Part shown: positions 10,437-22,263 of the stretch, in pieces
Layout: every line of letters begins with the position of its first letter
Position numbering within the stretch: the stretch's first letter is position 1
The notes under the pieces: generated by a model
Told to the model about the DNA's origin: nothing
Seen by the model: the letters and a program-made list of their open reading frames with translations, nothing else
Databases searched by the model: none
Position numbers and translations under genes: made by a program
DNA from: Styela clava
Taxonomy: Eukaryota
DNA length: 64,000 bases
NCBI RefSeq assembly: GCF_964204865.1
Contig: NC_135252.1
Span: 2,790,001-2,854,000 of the forward strand
Reading direction: 5' to 3'

Positions 10437-13400
10437 ATGGACAAGGTTCTGAGACCAGAGAGACTGGAGGTAGATCCTAACTCTAGGGAAGCATCCTGTG
10501 AGTGGCTACACTGGAAGAAGACTTTCGATAATTTTCTAAACGCCTTGCCGTCTGAAGGCCTTGATAAACTTGGTGTACTGGTGAATTTCATATCTCCTCG
10601 TATATTCCAAACATTGAGGAGGCAGAATCGTACGATACTGCGATTGAGATTCTGAAAACAATGTTTGTCAAACCTTTCAATGAAGTTTATTCTCGGCATG
10701 TTCTGGCAACCAGGAACCAACAAGCATCTGAAAATGTAGACGAATACATGCAAGCATTGAAATCGTTAAGCAAACATTGTAATTTCAAAGCTGTATCTGC
10801 TGTTCAAAACCGAGATGCATATGTCCGAGACGCTTTTATCCGGGGTTTAAACTCCACATGGATACGACAGCGTTTGTTGGAAAACAAACACCTTGATCTT
10901 AATACGACATACGATCAAGCCAGAAGCTTAGAAGTAGCAATTAAGAATGCTGAAGCTTATCGAGTATCCGACCCTTCTACTGTGTCTGCGGCTGCTCAAA
11001 ACAGTGAAACTCAAAACGATGAGACATCGTGTGATATCGAGAAAATATATGCTACTGCAAATTCCGCGTGCTTTTTCTGTGGCGGAAAGAAACATCCTCG
11101 TTCAAAATGTCCAGCCCGAAATGTGTTTTGTTTCAAGTGTCATAAAAAGGGACATTTCATAAAAGTCTACAGAGGAACCGTTTTCAACCCAAAAAATCCT
11201 GACGAAGTCACTGCATGTTCTAACTCGTATATATTAGGAATGGCTTTTGACAATACCCCAAAATCATTGAGAGGGTCGTCGTCTGTGATTCATATTGAAG
11301 GACACAAAGTACGCGCACTTTTTGATAGTTGCAGTAGTCAGAGTTTCATACACCCTCGTCTCATAGAAAGGTGTAACCTCCCAATCAAAAGAGACACAGT
11401 TATGGACAAGGTAGCAATGGCTTCTCTGGCGTGTTCCATGCCTATAAAAGGTTGCACAGCAGCTGATATTGAATATCAGGGCCGACACTATCAAAAATTC
11501 ATATTGAGAGTAATGGATGATCTATGTTGTGACATTTTACTTGGAATAGACTTTCAAGGACAACATCAAAGTGTAACTTATAATTACGGCGGCGATCGAC
11601 CTCCAATGTCTGTATGTGGCTTTTCAACTTTCAAAAGTTTGCCACCAGAACCATTAAAAAATCTGACTGCTGACTGCCATCCTATTGCTACAAAGTCTCG
11701 TTGGTATTCCAAAGATGATAGAAAGTTTATTGAAATGGAGGTCAACCGTTTGTTACAGGAAGGAATTGTAACGCCTAGCAGATCTCCGTGGAGAGCTCAA
11801 GTTGTCGTCGTAAAGGGTGAAAATCGGAAACGAAGGTTTGTAATCGATTATTAACAGACCATCAATAAATTTACTCAGTTAGACGCGTTTCCTTTACCTA
11901 ATATGAGCGATATAATCAACGAAATTGCTCATTATCGTGTGTATAGCACAGTGGATTTAAAAAGTGCATACCATCAGGTTCCACTTGAAAAGGAAGACCA
12001 GAAATATACTGCTTTCGAAGCTGCGGGTGCTCTGTTCCAGTTCACTCGTTTACCGTTTGGAGTCACAAATGGTGTGGCCTGCTTCCAGAGGGCAATGATG
12101 AACCTGGTAAAGGAAGAAAACCTGACCGGTGTTTTCGCGTATCTCGATAACATTACCATTTGTGGGCATACTCAACAAGACCATGATATCAACTTGCAGA
12201 AGTTTCTATAAGCCGCTAAACGACGAAATCTAAAATTGAACGAAAACAAAAGCATATTTTCGACCAGAAAACTTCAGATGTTAGGTTACGAGATTGAGGA
12301 AGGCCAAATACGTCCGGATCCTGGGAGACTAGAACCTTTGCGGCGTTTGCCGATTCTACCTCAGTTTCCGCTTTAAAGCGTTGTCTTGGGTTTTTCTCGT
12401 ACTACTCAAAGTGAATACCAAAGTTTTCTGATACTATCAGACCACTAGCATCTTCGAAAAACTTTCCCTCTCGACGACCAGGCAATTCATGCGTTTCACG
12501 AATTGAAGCGACTCGTAGAATCTGCTGTCGTTATAGCTGTGGATGAAACTTTACCTTTTGAGGTAGAAACAGATGCCTCTGATGTAGCATTGGCTGCAAC
12601 CCTAAACCAAGGTGGGAGACCAGTGGCTTTTTTCTCTCGCATGCTACAAGGTCCAGAACTCAAACACCCTTCAATAGAGAAGGAAGCAAAGGCCATCATT
12701 GAGGCTGTTCGTCATTGGCGTCACTATCTCACTTGTAAACATTTCACTCTTATAACAGATCAGAGATCCGTATCATTTATGTTCAATCGAAATCACAGAA
12801 CAAAGATTAAAAATGATAAAATCATGCGATGGCGACTCGAACTCTGCTGCTATAGTTTTGACATTCGTTATCGTCCTGGGCAAGAAAATATTCCCTCTGA
12901 TGCACTTTCAAGAATATCGTGCGCAACTGTACAAGATCCCGATAATCATCTTTTGTATAAACTTCATGACGCTCTGTGTCACCCAGGAATTACGAGAATG
13001 TCTCACTTTATTCGAGTCAGGAATTTGCCATATTCGATGGATGACATTCGAAAAGTTATTTCAACATGTCCTGTTTGTTGTGAATGCAAGCCGCGATTTC
13101 ATAAACCTGACACCGGGCACCTTATCAAAGCTACACAGGCATTTGAACGTCTCAATATAGACTTTAAAGGACCTCTACCGTCAAACAATAATAATCGATA
13201 CTTTCTGTGCGTAGTCGATGAATTTTCGAGATTTCCGTTTGCATTCCCATGTCCAGATGTTTCCTTAGCAAGTGTCATTAAATGTCTCACGCAACTATTC
13301 ACTACATTTGGAATGCCTGCTTTTATACATTCAGACAGAGGTTCTGCTTTCATGAGTCGAGAACTTCGCTCTTTTCTCAATGACAAAGGTATTGCAACAA

Positions 13401-14048
13401 GTCGCACTACACCATATAATCCTGCAGGAAATGGACAGGTTGAACGTTTTAATGGCACGATATGGAATGGGGTGAAGTTGGCGCTGAAATCGAAACGTCT
13501 TCCTGTTCAATTGTGGCATGAGGTTTTGCCTGATGTTTTGCATTCCATACGGTCGTTATTGTGTACAGCCACCAATGAGACTCCTCATGAGCGAGTTTTC
13601 AAATTCTCCAGAAGATCTACGTCTGGATGTTCTATTCCATCCTGGATGTCAACGCCGGGACCAGTGCTTTTGAAAAGATATGTCAGGAAGTCGAAAACCG
13701 AACCTTTAGTAGATGAAGTCGAGCTTCTGGAAGCAAATCCACAATATGCTCATGTTCGATTTCCAGATGGCAGAGAAACAACTGTGGCCTCAAAACATCT
13801 GGCCCCTGTCGGTTACGAAATTTCGATGAATAGGCAAGGGACAGACAATATCAACCATGAAACACCATTGCACGTTAGAGACGGAGTCTTCGATTCAACC
13901 TATGTCTCCATCTATCAATCAAGGAAACAATAAAACTCAAACGCAAGAAGATATTGTTGAAAATAATATTGTCTCTAGATCTCCATCGCCTCCAGTTCTA
14001 AGGAGATCAACCAGGGAACGCCGAACCGTAGACAGACTAAATCTCTAA
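10437..14048 (+). pseudogene. Disrupted gag-pol polyprotein of the gypsy element
   Basis: Gag start MDKVLRPERL; zinc knuckles CFFC..H...C and CFKC..GH...Y; protease ALFDSCS; RT DLKSAYHQ, LPFG and YLDN; RNase H ETDASD; integrase HHCC plus DFKGP, SDRG and GQVERFN. Stops at 11852, 12209 and 12412; frameshifts near 10610, 12355, 12460 and 13870. Confidence 0.95.
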
Positions 14049-14060
14049 AGTGGCGGTGAA
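14047..14060 (+). promoter_or_regulatory. Polypurine tract
   Basis: Purine-rich AAAGTGGCGGTGAA immediately 5' of the 3' LTR. Confidence 0.75.
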
Positions 14061-14370
14061 TGTGATAACTTGGAAATGCAACTCAATGTATCTATTTGTT
14101 TATACAGCTGCAGTCAAGCGATGATTGCTGTGGCGTTTTGAATCGGACACCAATCATTGCTGTGCTCTAGTTGTAGTGTGTTAATTCTTTTAACTTTATT
14201 CATTTAACTATTGAGCCGCTTACTGTTAGCATCTGCAATTCGATACGTATTTGTTTTCTTGTTTAATAACATTTGCTTGTGTTATATTATTTTAGATTCA
14301 TTCTAAGAGTGCTTTAAATTTAAGTTGAATAAAGCCTTATATCAAGGTACTATATTTCTCATTCATTACA
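14061..14370 (+). repeat. 3' LTR (310 bp)
   Basis: By eye it differs from the 5' LTR by one A/G substitution and one 5-bp indel. Confidence 0.96.
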
Positions 14371-14974
14371 CCCTATTCACGAATGAAAAATCGAAGATAT
14401 TCCGGAAGATTTTCAATTGTTCGTTAAACGAGACGATTTGACGGGATGTTTACTTAGTGGAAACAAGATGTTGCCATTCGCTGTTCAACAATGACATATA
14501 TAATTGACAATCTGTATTAACTTCCACTATTATCTAGGCTATAAAATTAGAATTTCTGTTAACTGATGCCAAAGCAAATGGTTGTACGAGCGTGGTTACA
14601 AATGGATTTACGCAATCAAACCACGCAAGAAGTGAGCTGCCAAACAAGTCGGGATGAATTGTCACTTGATACTGAGGGATATGGATGAGGTTCGACTTAA
14701 TTTCATGAGATTAAGAGTGTTTATATAGTTTAAAAGCGCCCTAATTCAGCAAATATATATATATATCACATACAGTACCTATTTTCTGCCATTATTTTAG
14801 TATTAAATTTGATATACGATTTTGGTCTTGCTTCCAACAAAGATAGATTTGGTAAAATAACTTGCATTTGAATGCTTCAATATCTATCGATATTCGATTT
14901 CAAATTTGATGCAAAGGTCTTCTTATTTGCAAAATTGCCACGTTGAAAGATTGTTCGCAGGTACATCCCACTGT

Positions 14975-15322
14975 TTTATTGGACACGTAGTGGACACAGC
15001 GATCGTTTCAATATTATGTTGTTGTTGTTGTTCTTTGACACTTTTTGGACACCTAGTAGAAAATCTAAAAAGTCGCTTTTCTCTTTCATTACTGGACCAA
15101 TTGCTCTAAAAATTTCAGTGGTTACAGATAAAATTCAAAACGTTCTGCGGAAATCGGACGCTATTTTGAGTCCGACTGCCCTGCATCTCGGACGCCATTT
15201 GGTGTCCGACTGTACTGCTTCGCTTGGTGTGAATATATTAGTAGACTGTGATCTGACGGTACGGTAAACCGTACTGTACCGCGAACAGACGTGTCCATAT
15301 ATTTGGGCGTAGCTTTCTTGTT
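14975..15322. mobile_element. Helentron-associated (DINE-1/HINE-like) non-autonomous element, family 1 copy A
   Basis: Homologous to 36690-37082. Subterminal inverted repeat TGGACACGT / ACGTGTCCA, hairpin GTACGGTAAACCGTAC, (GTT)n tract, ends CTTGTT, T-rich flanks and no TSD. Confidence 0.7.
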
Positions 15323-16650
15323 TAATTAGTGCATTCGTTTCACCATTACTGCATCATTTCACCAAACCTTGCAAATCATTGTAGAACTGCACAACAACAG
15401 TTCCAAGTGGCAACTTTCTGGTAATGGAATTTGCCAGCCCGAATAGGTATATATCTTTTGTCATGGACATCTTTCAAAGACGTACAAGTTTCTGAGAAAC
15501 AAAATATACTTATAAATCATATTCGGCAAGTATTATTTTTTAATTTAAAATGGCATCATCATTTTTGATTTTAAGCCATGTAACATTTTTTATCAGAAAA
15601 ACGACCGGCAAAGAAACATGTTGTATACCACCTGGTGGCGACAACGAGCTAGGCGTATTCGGGTATATACGAGCGTGGGAAGAAATGATGGAGCAAAACA
15701 TTGACAAAAATTCCACAAAAGAAGAAATTGGTTTGTTCCAAGGTTGGTTTACAAAATGAAATATTAGGCGATGTGGCTTTTTTTAGCCTACTATCTGAAA
15801 ATTGCCAAAACAACGGGTATATATAGTGACCCTGTAAATGTTGGAAAAGCAATTAAAGGTCTAATAGACGAATTAAAGAACACTCCGAAACGATTCAATG
15901 GGAAGCGGATTCTTTTTATTCACACTGGTAAGCTTAAAATGTTATTGGCACATGCAAACTTTGTTTTATTCATTCAGAATAAATTACCTTTCGTCTTTTA
16001 TCCATTCTATCAGCCTAAAATTCCTTTCTCTCAAGAATGATAGCCTTTTTTCAGGAGGCGTATTTGCAATGATGGATACTAACAGCGCCCAATTTATTCG
16101 AGAGCAGAAAAAATCAAGTCGGACCAAACAATGGATCGAAGCATATGCCGAAGACGTTTAAAGAATCTTTTTCATTACACCTAGAAATTTAAGATTACAA
16201 AATTGGTAGATGTCTAAAAATAAATGATTTCAATATGTGATTGCGGTAAAGTTTGTAATTATTTGATGCCTCCAAAAATGCACGGACATTTGGATTTTGC
16301 GATTACAAGCGTGTAGAAACTGATAATATATTTGTACGAATTTAAAAAAAATATTGTCATAACAAGCGAACGTGGGACGTTATATTTTAAAAAAAGTTCC
16401 TGCTGAAGTTAGTTCTACAACAAAAAATATTTGCAAAAAATATTTATCAAGATTGTATCGGTCCTAAACCGAATCACCAAAAGCTCAATTACATCTTTTA
16501 TAAAAAAACAGTAGTCATATCGTTATAACTTTTTTTTTGACAAAAAATGGCGGAAAATACTGACAACTATTGCATCTTCGGAACCGACTTTAAGATACTA
16601 AACTTCCGCTAGCTCAGCATTGCAGCCAACATTCTGTAAGTCGAAGTATT

Positions 16651-16865
16651 GTTACTTATCGATCTTAAGTATGTTGCTATTAGTTTGTTTGTCTGTTAGA
16701 TACACGCGATATCTCACGTAAGCGAGGATGAATCCGCTCCAAATTTTGCATATGCATTCATCATAGCTCGGATCAGAAGCCTATTGATTTTGGATGGATT
16801 ATGTCGTATAAATAGCGAGTTATTAATTAATTAGTGATGGGACACACGGTGTCACTGTGGAGTAA
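16651..16865. mobile_element. Truncated HINE-like element, family 2
   Basis: Homologous to 40756-41026 (ACTTATCGATC ... GTCTGTTAGAT ... TAGTGATGGGACAC). Confidence 0.7.
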
Positions 16866-17405
16866 AAGTGTTTGTTTGTATACTGTTTACCTATTCATGG
16901 CACTATTGTGGCCCGCGAACAATACAAAATTAATAGTGTGGCCCGCAAGGCCGACAACCTTGGACCACCCTGACCTAATATATATATTAGAGAATTTTTT
17001 TTCAATCAAATACTTATTTTTTTACATAGTGGTTACATAGGTTACACTTAAAGGATACTTAGAGGTTTGTCACTCATTTATATTTACTTATTTCCCAAAT
17101 TTATGTTCGCAAACAATACCGGATGTATAGTGATCGTTTCTACTAAAATTGGCCTCCAAAATTCATCCAAATGATAGACGCCGGTGAAATATGCGTTAGT
17201 ACCACTTGCGCCGTGATTTTAAGAAAAAAAATGATACCGAGGGAAGAATCGCAGACCTATGTTTTAAATGAGGAATAATGTTGTTATTATATTGAAATTA
17301 CATAGGTAATTGAAAGAAACGTTTTTATAATGTCATATTTGTGAAACTTCTTAGCATCTTAAATAGTCTAAAAAAAATTGAAAGAAACCATTGGTTCCTC
17401 TAAAA

Positions 17406-18737
17406 AAGTGTGACCCAACCTTTTTTGGTCGCGGACTAATTTCTCACCGGCGAAAACCTTTGCGGACTCAAGGTGCGTTTATTGCAACAGTACTCTGTGT
17501 GAAAAAGCTATAAAACCAAACACAACGTAATTTGAACGAATTTCAAAATCGGAATTTTCGCCGCAATTACGCGTCCGTTAAAAGAGTCGATTTTTTTAGT
17601 GTATAATGGCCTTTTCTGTCGAACTATATTCAATCCATGACAACGACGAGAACTTAAATTGTCTTTCTATTTTAATTGTGTTCATGGTAACTCGCGGTTG
17701 CGTCGACTTACGACAAGATGATAGCATTACTTCTTTGAAATGCCACAGCAATCTACTAACATATTGCCCGATTATATTTAGTTTTGATACATATTTTTAG
17801 AGATCTTGCAAATTTGTTATCGTCGTTAGAAAAATCCTACTATTCTGCTATAAAGTACAACTTGATTTAGTACTTATTAAAAATATATTTAAAGTATATT
17901 TGAAAATCAAAAATACCGTCATGCTTTATTATTAATTTAATGGTGATCATTTTATTCTGCTTTTGTGTTGAAGAAATAAAAGCAATACTAATCAGAAAAT
18001 ATCATGACAATCCGTGGACACAAAAATGCGTGATGTGCCCGATTATATTTTGTTTTGATTCGTATTTTTGTGAATTCAACAAATCTGAGCTGTTCGTACA
18101 ACACTTACGGCGCTCCAGTACTGTACGTACCAATGTGGAGGCCTAAGGGAATATGCCCTGGCACATATACTACAGTATCACCCGAAATTTTGCCATTTGC
18201 AATGTCTAAAGAAACGTTTTTAATCGGTCGCGTACAATCATAAAACAAAAGTTATGGTGTTCTACGTTTTATTTTCAGTTTTTTTGTATTGCCGCTTCTT
18301 AATTTAGAAAATTTGGGTTGCCACCATTGGGACCAACTAAAAAAAAATTATTTCTCGTTCGAACTCGCGAGAAACACCACGCATGTGCTCGGGTTTCCGT
18401 CGGAAATTCGCAAGTGAGTTGTGAAACCCAATCGTTTTGACCTGTCGCGTCACTTGTTACCAAATTTTCGAATATAGTGAATTGCTATTCTAATAGTTGA
18501 ATATTCGAATATATGCCCAGCCATACGCAGTAACAAGTAATGATTGACTTGATTTATGATATGTGAATAAACTTGCTTTTTATGTTTTATGTGAATTTTA
18601 ACGTAAATCGTAACTTGGCCGATAATTAACTTTCGCAAAGACGTTTGCGGCCCGCAGTGAATTTCTGGCTCGTTGTGGACTCATTCAAACGCTTCGCGGG
18701 CTCATTTGAGACCGCGGACTCGGGTTGGGAAACACTG
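17406..18737. mobile_element. Non-autonomous hAT-type transposon, about 1.3 kb
   Basis: Imperfect TIRs AAGTGTGACCCAACC / GGTTGGGAAACACTG; TSD CTCTAAAA / CTCTAAAG; GCGGAC subterminal repeats. Confidence 0.8.
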
Positions 18738-18965
18738 CTCTAAAGTGTGATCCATATGAAATATCCGGTGTGTTACGACTGGGAAACGCTGTAATCGTAG
18801 GGAAACACACATTTGAGGTCGAAACTCGTTTGATGAAACACATTTGATGAAACTCGTCGCTACATCGTGCAATTGTCGCGTGTTATCTAAATTTTCATCT
18901 TTTTAAAAATAGAATCAAGCCGTTTTTTTTAATTGCTTCGATTCGAAATTCTGATGCGGCTAAAA

Positions 18966-19499
18966 TAGTGTTACCATATCTGGAAAGACAAAGTCCCTGA
19001 CAAAATTTTAATGAGCCACTTTGGCCAATTTTGCAACCAATACTTGTATACTGCACAGTATTATAGTATAAATTTACGATGTATGCAAGGCACAGGCTGT
19101 CGTCGCTTTATCGTGATAATAGAATAAAAAATTGTTGCGTAATCTTTAGCACTAGTGACTAAACCCTAGCATGAAATAAAGTTCAGGTAAAGTGCAACCA
19201 AAATACCGATTACAGAATGCTGACAATTCAGATCATATATATATATATATATATATGTGACATCACAATTATCTGAATGCGACGCAATCCGTGACGCAAA
19301 ATGCTAGAATGTGGCATATCTCTGAAAAAATAGGAATTCGTGAACGAGCAATATCTGAAAACTTGAGGATTTGTAGCAGGAATTCACTGTATTCGAAAAT
19401 CCCTGATATTTAAGCACTTTTCAACATTTCTCCCTGACGAAAATTTGACCACTAAAATCCCGGACATGTCAGGGAAAAATATGGCACATGGCAACCCTA
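18966..19499. mobile_element. Old hAT-type MITE (TAGGGTTGCCA-type ends)
   Basis: TAGTGTTACCATAT / ATGGCAACCCTA; degenerate 8-bp flanks GGCTAAAA / ACCTAGAA. Confidence 0.5.
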
Positions 19500-22263
19500 A
19501 CCTAGAATGAATGTGATCTGCTGTGATTTAAGGATTTCTTTCAAAATGTTTTCATTCTATCGAGAAGCTCTGGGTTTGGCTGACAAAATTTAGATAAAGA
19601 ATGGCGAATATCTTATTGCCGTTGTTGGTCAGATATTCCTGAATGCTGAGCACTGGCTCCTGATGCACACTATTAGGTTCTAAATTTCCCTATACAGATA
19701 TAGCTTGGTCCTTTCTCTGTGCCAGACTAATGAATGTTGTGGAACAGTAGTTTCCAAACAGTTCGCAATTCAGACATTCATTGATTTGTCAATTTTTTTT
19801 TGTAATTCCCGTACTTTTCACTAGTCTGCGGAAAAGCTGGGCGTGTAGTGTTCGCAACTGTCGCGCGGTTAGTAGGGACATAATAATAATCCTTCGCTGT
19901 ATTTAAGTTATTGTTGATATAAATTTGATAATTTGTTCGCTGGAAATATTATTTTTATGAAAGGGGTAATTGAGCTTTTGGTACAATTTAGAGATAACAA
20001 TATTAAAAAGATTGGGAACCACTCGCATAGAAGCTTCAATGTCCTGTCTTTTCTTTGTTTTCAACGATGGGAAGTTATTGTGAGCGCTTATTTATTTCCA
20101 ATCAACAGTTACATCGTAATGAAAGCACAACGCGTAGTTTTTACTATATGCTATTTCTTTATTTTTGTTAAAATCAATACTGTAGCCTACACACAACAAC
20201 TTTGAGCCCAACGTCTGTGTACTCATGAGTTCTGGCAGAGATGGGTTCGTTTCTCATGTGCATATGACATCGAGTTTACAAGATACATACCTACTAAATG
20301 AAGTTATTAATTAAAAGTCTATAATCCGAAGTAGGAATATTATATCAATAATTTTTGAACTACATATAATCTTTGTAAACGCCTGACACATTTTGAACCG
20401 GGACTCTCTCGAATATCTCGATCATATTAATAATAATAATAATAACTATGGTTGGTAGAAGGTAGGTGGTTTTAATATTGAGACTAAGTCTAATTTCATG
20501 CCCGTTTTTTTAATTAATTGGTATCGGGATATCCAACACGATTTTATTTACTTCAACTCAACTATAGAATCAGCGAGGCGTACCCAGTGGGACCATTAAT
20601 GATATTGGCTCTGTTTTATTAAAGTCCGATATTTTCAATATCAATAAACTAAAGACTAAAATATTTTTGCGAGTAGCTATCCATCGAGGTCTGTCACGAG
20701 CCGAGAATTGTCGTTGGCAGTAGTACTGTATCGCGAGTAATGGGATTACTCAATAATACAATTTTGTTCTAATAGCGCAGTCCAAAAACGCTAGGTAGGC
20801 TAAATGATATAAAGTGGAAGCCATTCCCAATTAAGAACAACAGTGTATAGTTCAGATGGTATAAATGAGGTTATTTCGAAAATATATATATATGAACAGT
20901 TGCATCTTATATGGTAAGATTGTAATTTGTACATATTCAAGTGGACTCAATTCATATTTATGTTTAAGTTAATCGAACAGTGAAATTTTAATTGTAGATC
21001 ATGACTCGATACTAAAATCTAGACGAATTGAGTAGATGACAAAAAGCTTTCATAACTTTATTTAAAAACCTGAATAGTTTTAAATACGAGTATAAAACTA
21101 TTTACGTACCGTTAGTGTCACCGCTTTCTTTGAGTCAGATTAAATATGAGTTTATCAAAATATTGTTTGCAATTTAGTTCATGGGCTGTCGAACATGATT
21201 GTAACACGAATACACTTTCTGTCTCGTGAACTGAGTTGTTTGAGATATATCGCGTTAAATCATCTCGCATTCAGTTTTACTGAAATCATAAAAGTACAGT
21301 ATGCACGTGATACCAGATAACAGTATGCCGGATGACAACTGAAACAATGTTTGATGACACTAGTTTTGATAAATCCTGGCCGGAATGTAGTGCAGGATAT
21401 AGGGAAATTCTTTCACCTGTAATATTTATGCCTATCGATCTTTCGAACAGTATCATACACAGGCAGTAGTTTACACACAGGTGATATCCCTGGTGTACAA
21501 TCGTACCACCAGTGAAGCAACACCAAGGTGTTTTTCAAAATCGAGATTAAATGAGGAAGCTTAATATTTTACGAAATACCGTATACATATGCTTGACATT
21601 AGTTGTACAAAATTTATTGGTTTATATATTTTCGGACGCAATCACATTTCCCTTAAAGTAATAAAACTTATGAATTATCTGTACAGTACTATGAGAAGCA
21701 TAGTGCCTTAATTTAGTATACATATTTGCTGTGTGGATTGCGATCGCATAAATTGAATGGACACTTTATAAAAATTGAAGACTTTATTTGAGGTATTGTG
21801 CTGACGTGTATTAAACGCAGTGTTTAGAATACTCAACATTCAGTCTACAAGAGTGATATTAAAGCGCGATCGAATGCAAGCAAGGCTATCCCTATAAGAC
21901 AATCAGTATAGCCAGAGAAAAAATATGCGATGGGCGGATAACATACTTGATTTAGTAGTCTTCCACCAGAACCAGAACTTTGTTTTTTAAAGAATACTAT
22001 ATCATGTTCAACACAGAGGACATATTTGTTTTTTTAGAATCAAATTTGTATAAGTAATATTTTGTACAATGTCATATATGTCTGTCATATTTTATTCTAA
22101 CTTGCAAGCCTCGCGGATAAATATCGAACCATCGCACTCATTTCCCTCTCTGCTTCAGTGCGCAAAAAAAGAGAAAAGCAGATAAACTGCGAGGCGTGTA
22201 TAGTACTTTGTCGTTATAACACTGACAAATATCTGCTTCATTTATTCTGTTGGATTTGTAAGT

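Larger units (their letters stand above)
10087..14370 (+). mobile_element. Full-length Ty3/gypsy LTR retrotransposon (4284 bp), defective
   Basis: TG...CA LTRs, 5-bp TSD CCCTA (10082-10086 / 14371-14375), PPT before the 3' LTR, and domain order gag-PR-RT-RH-IN. Confidence 0.97.
10065..16161 (+). pseudogene. D-cysteine desulfhydrase / ACC deaminase-like (PLP fold type II) pseudogene, interrupted by an LTR retrotransposon
   Basis: Joining 10065-10086 to 14376-14467 gives IAMTPNPIHE*KIEDIPEDFQLFVKRDDLTGCLLSGNK. 14538-14689 gives KLEFLLTDA..GCTSVVTNGFTQSNHAR/AAKQVGMNCHLILR with a frameshift. About 15597-15695 gives IPPGGDNELGVFGYIRAWEE. About 15800-15926 gives TGIYSDPVNVGKAIKGL...RILFIHTG. The last exon GVFAMM ends at 16161. 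It has a stop, a frameshift, a lost GT donor after GNK and no recognisable GSGGT segment. Confidence 0.85.

Noticed and set aside
10427-10440. TGGTACAAGCATGG as a tRNA-iMet PBS
   Set aside because: It lies 35 nt from the LTR end and matches only with gaps. A functional PBS abuts the LTR. At most it is vestigial.
10600-10665. Programmed gag-pol frameshift
   Set aside because: The shift is inside the N-terminal part of gag with no slippery heptamer. It is better explained as a 1-nt deletion among many lesions.
14376-16161. Bacterial contamination or recent horizontal transfer of dcyD/acdS
   Set aside because: The fragments are separated by spliceosomal-type introns containing host repeats and have host-like base composition.
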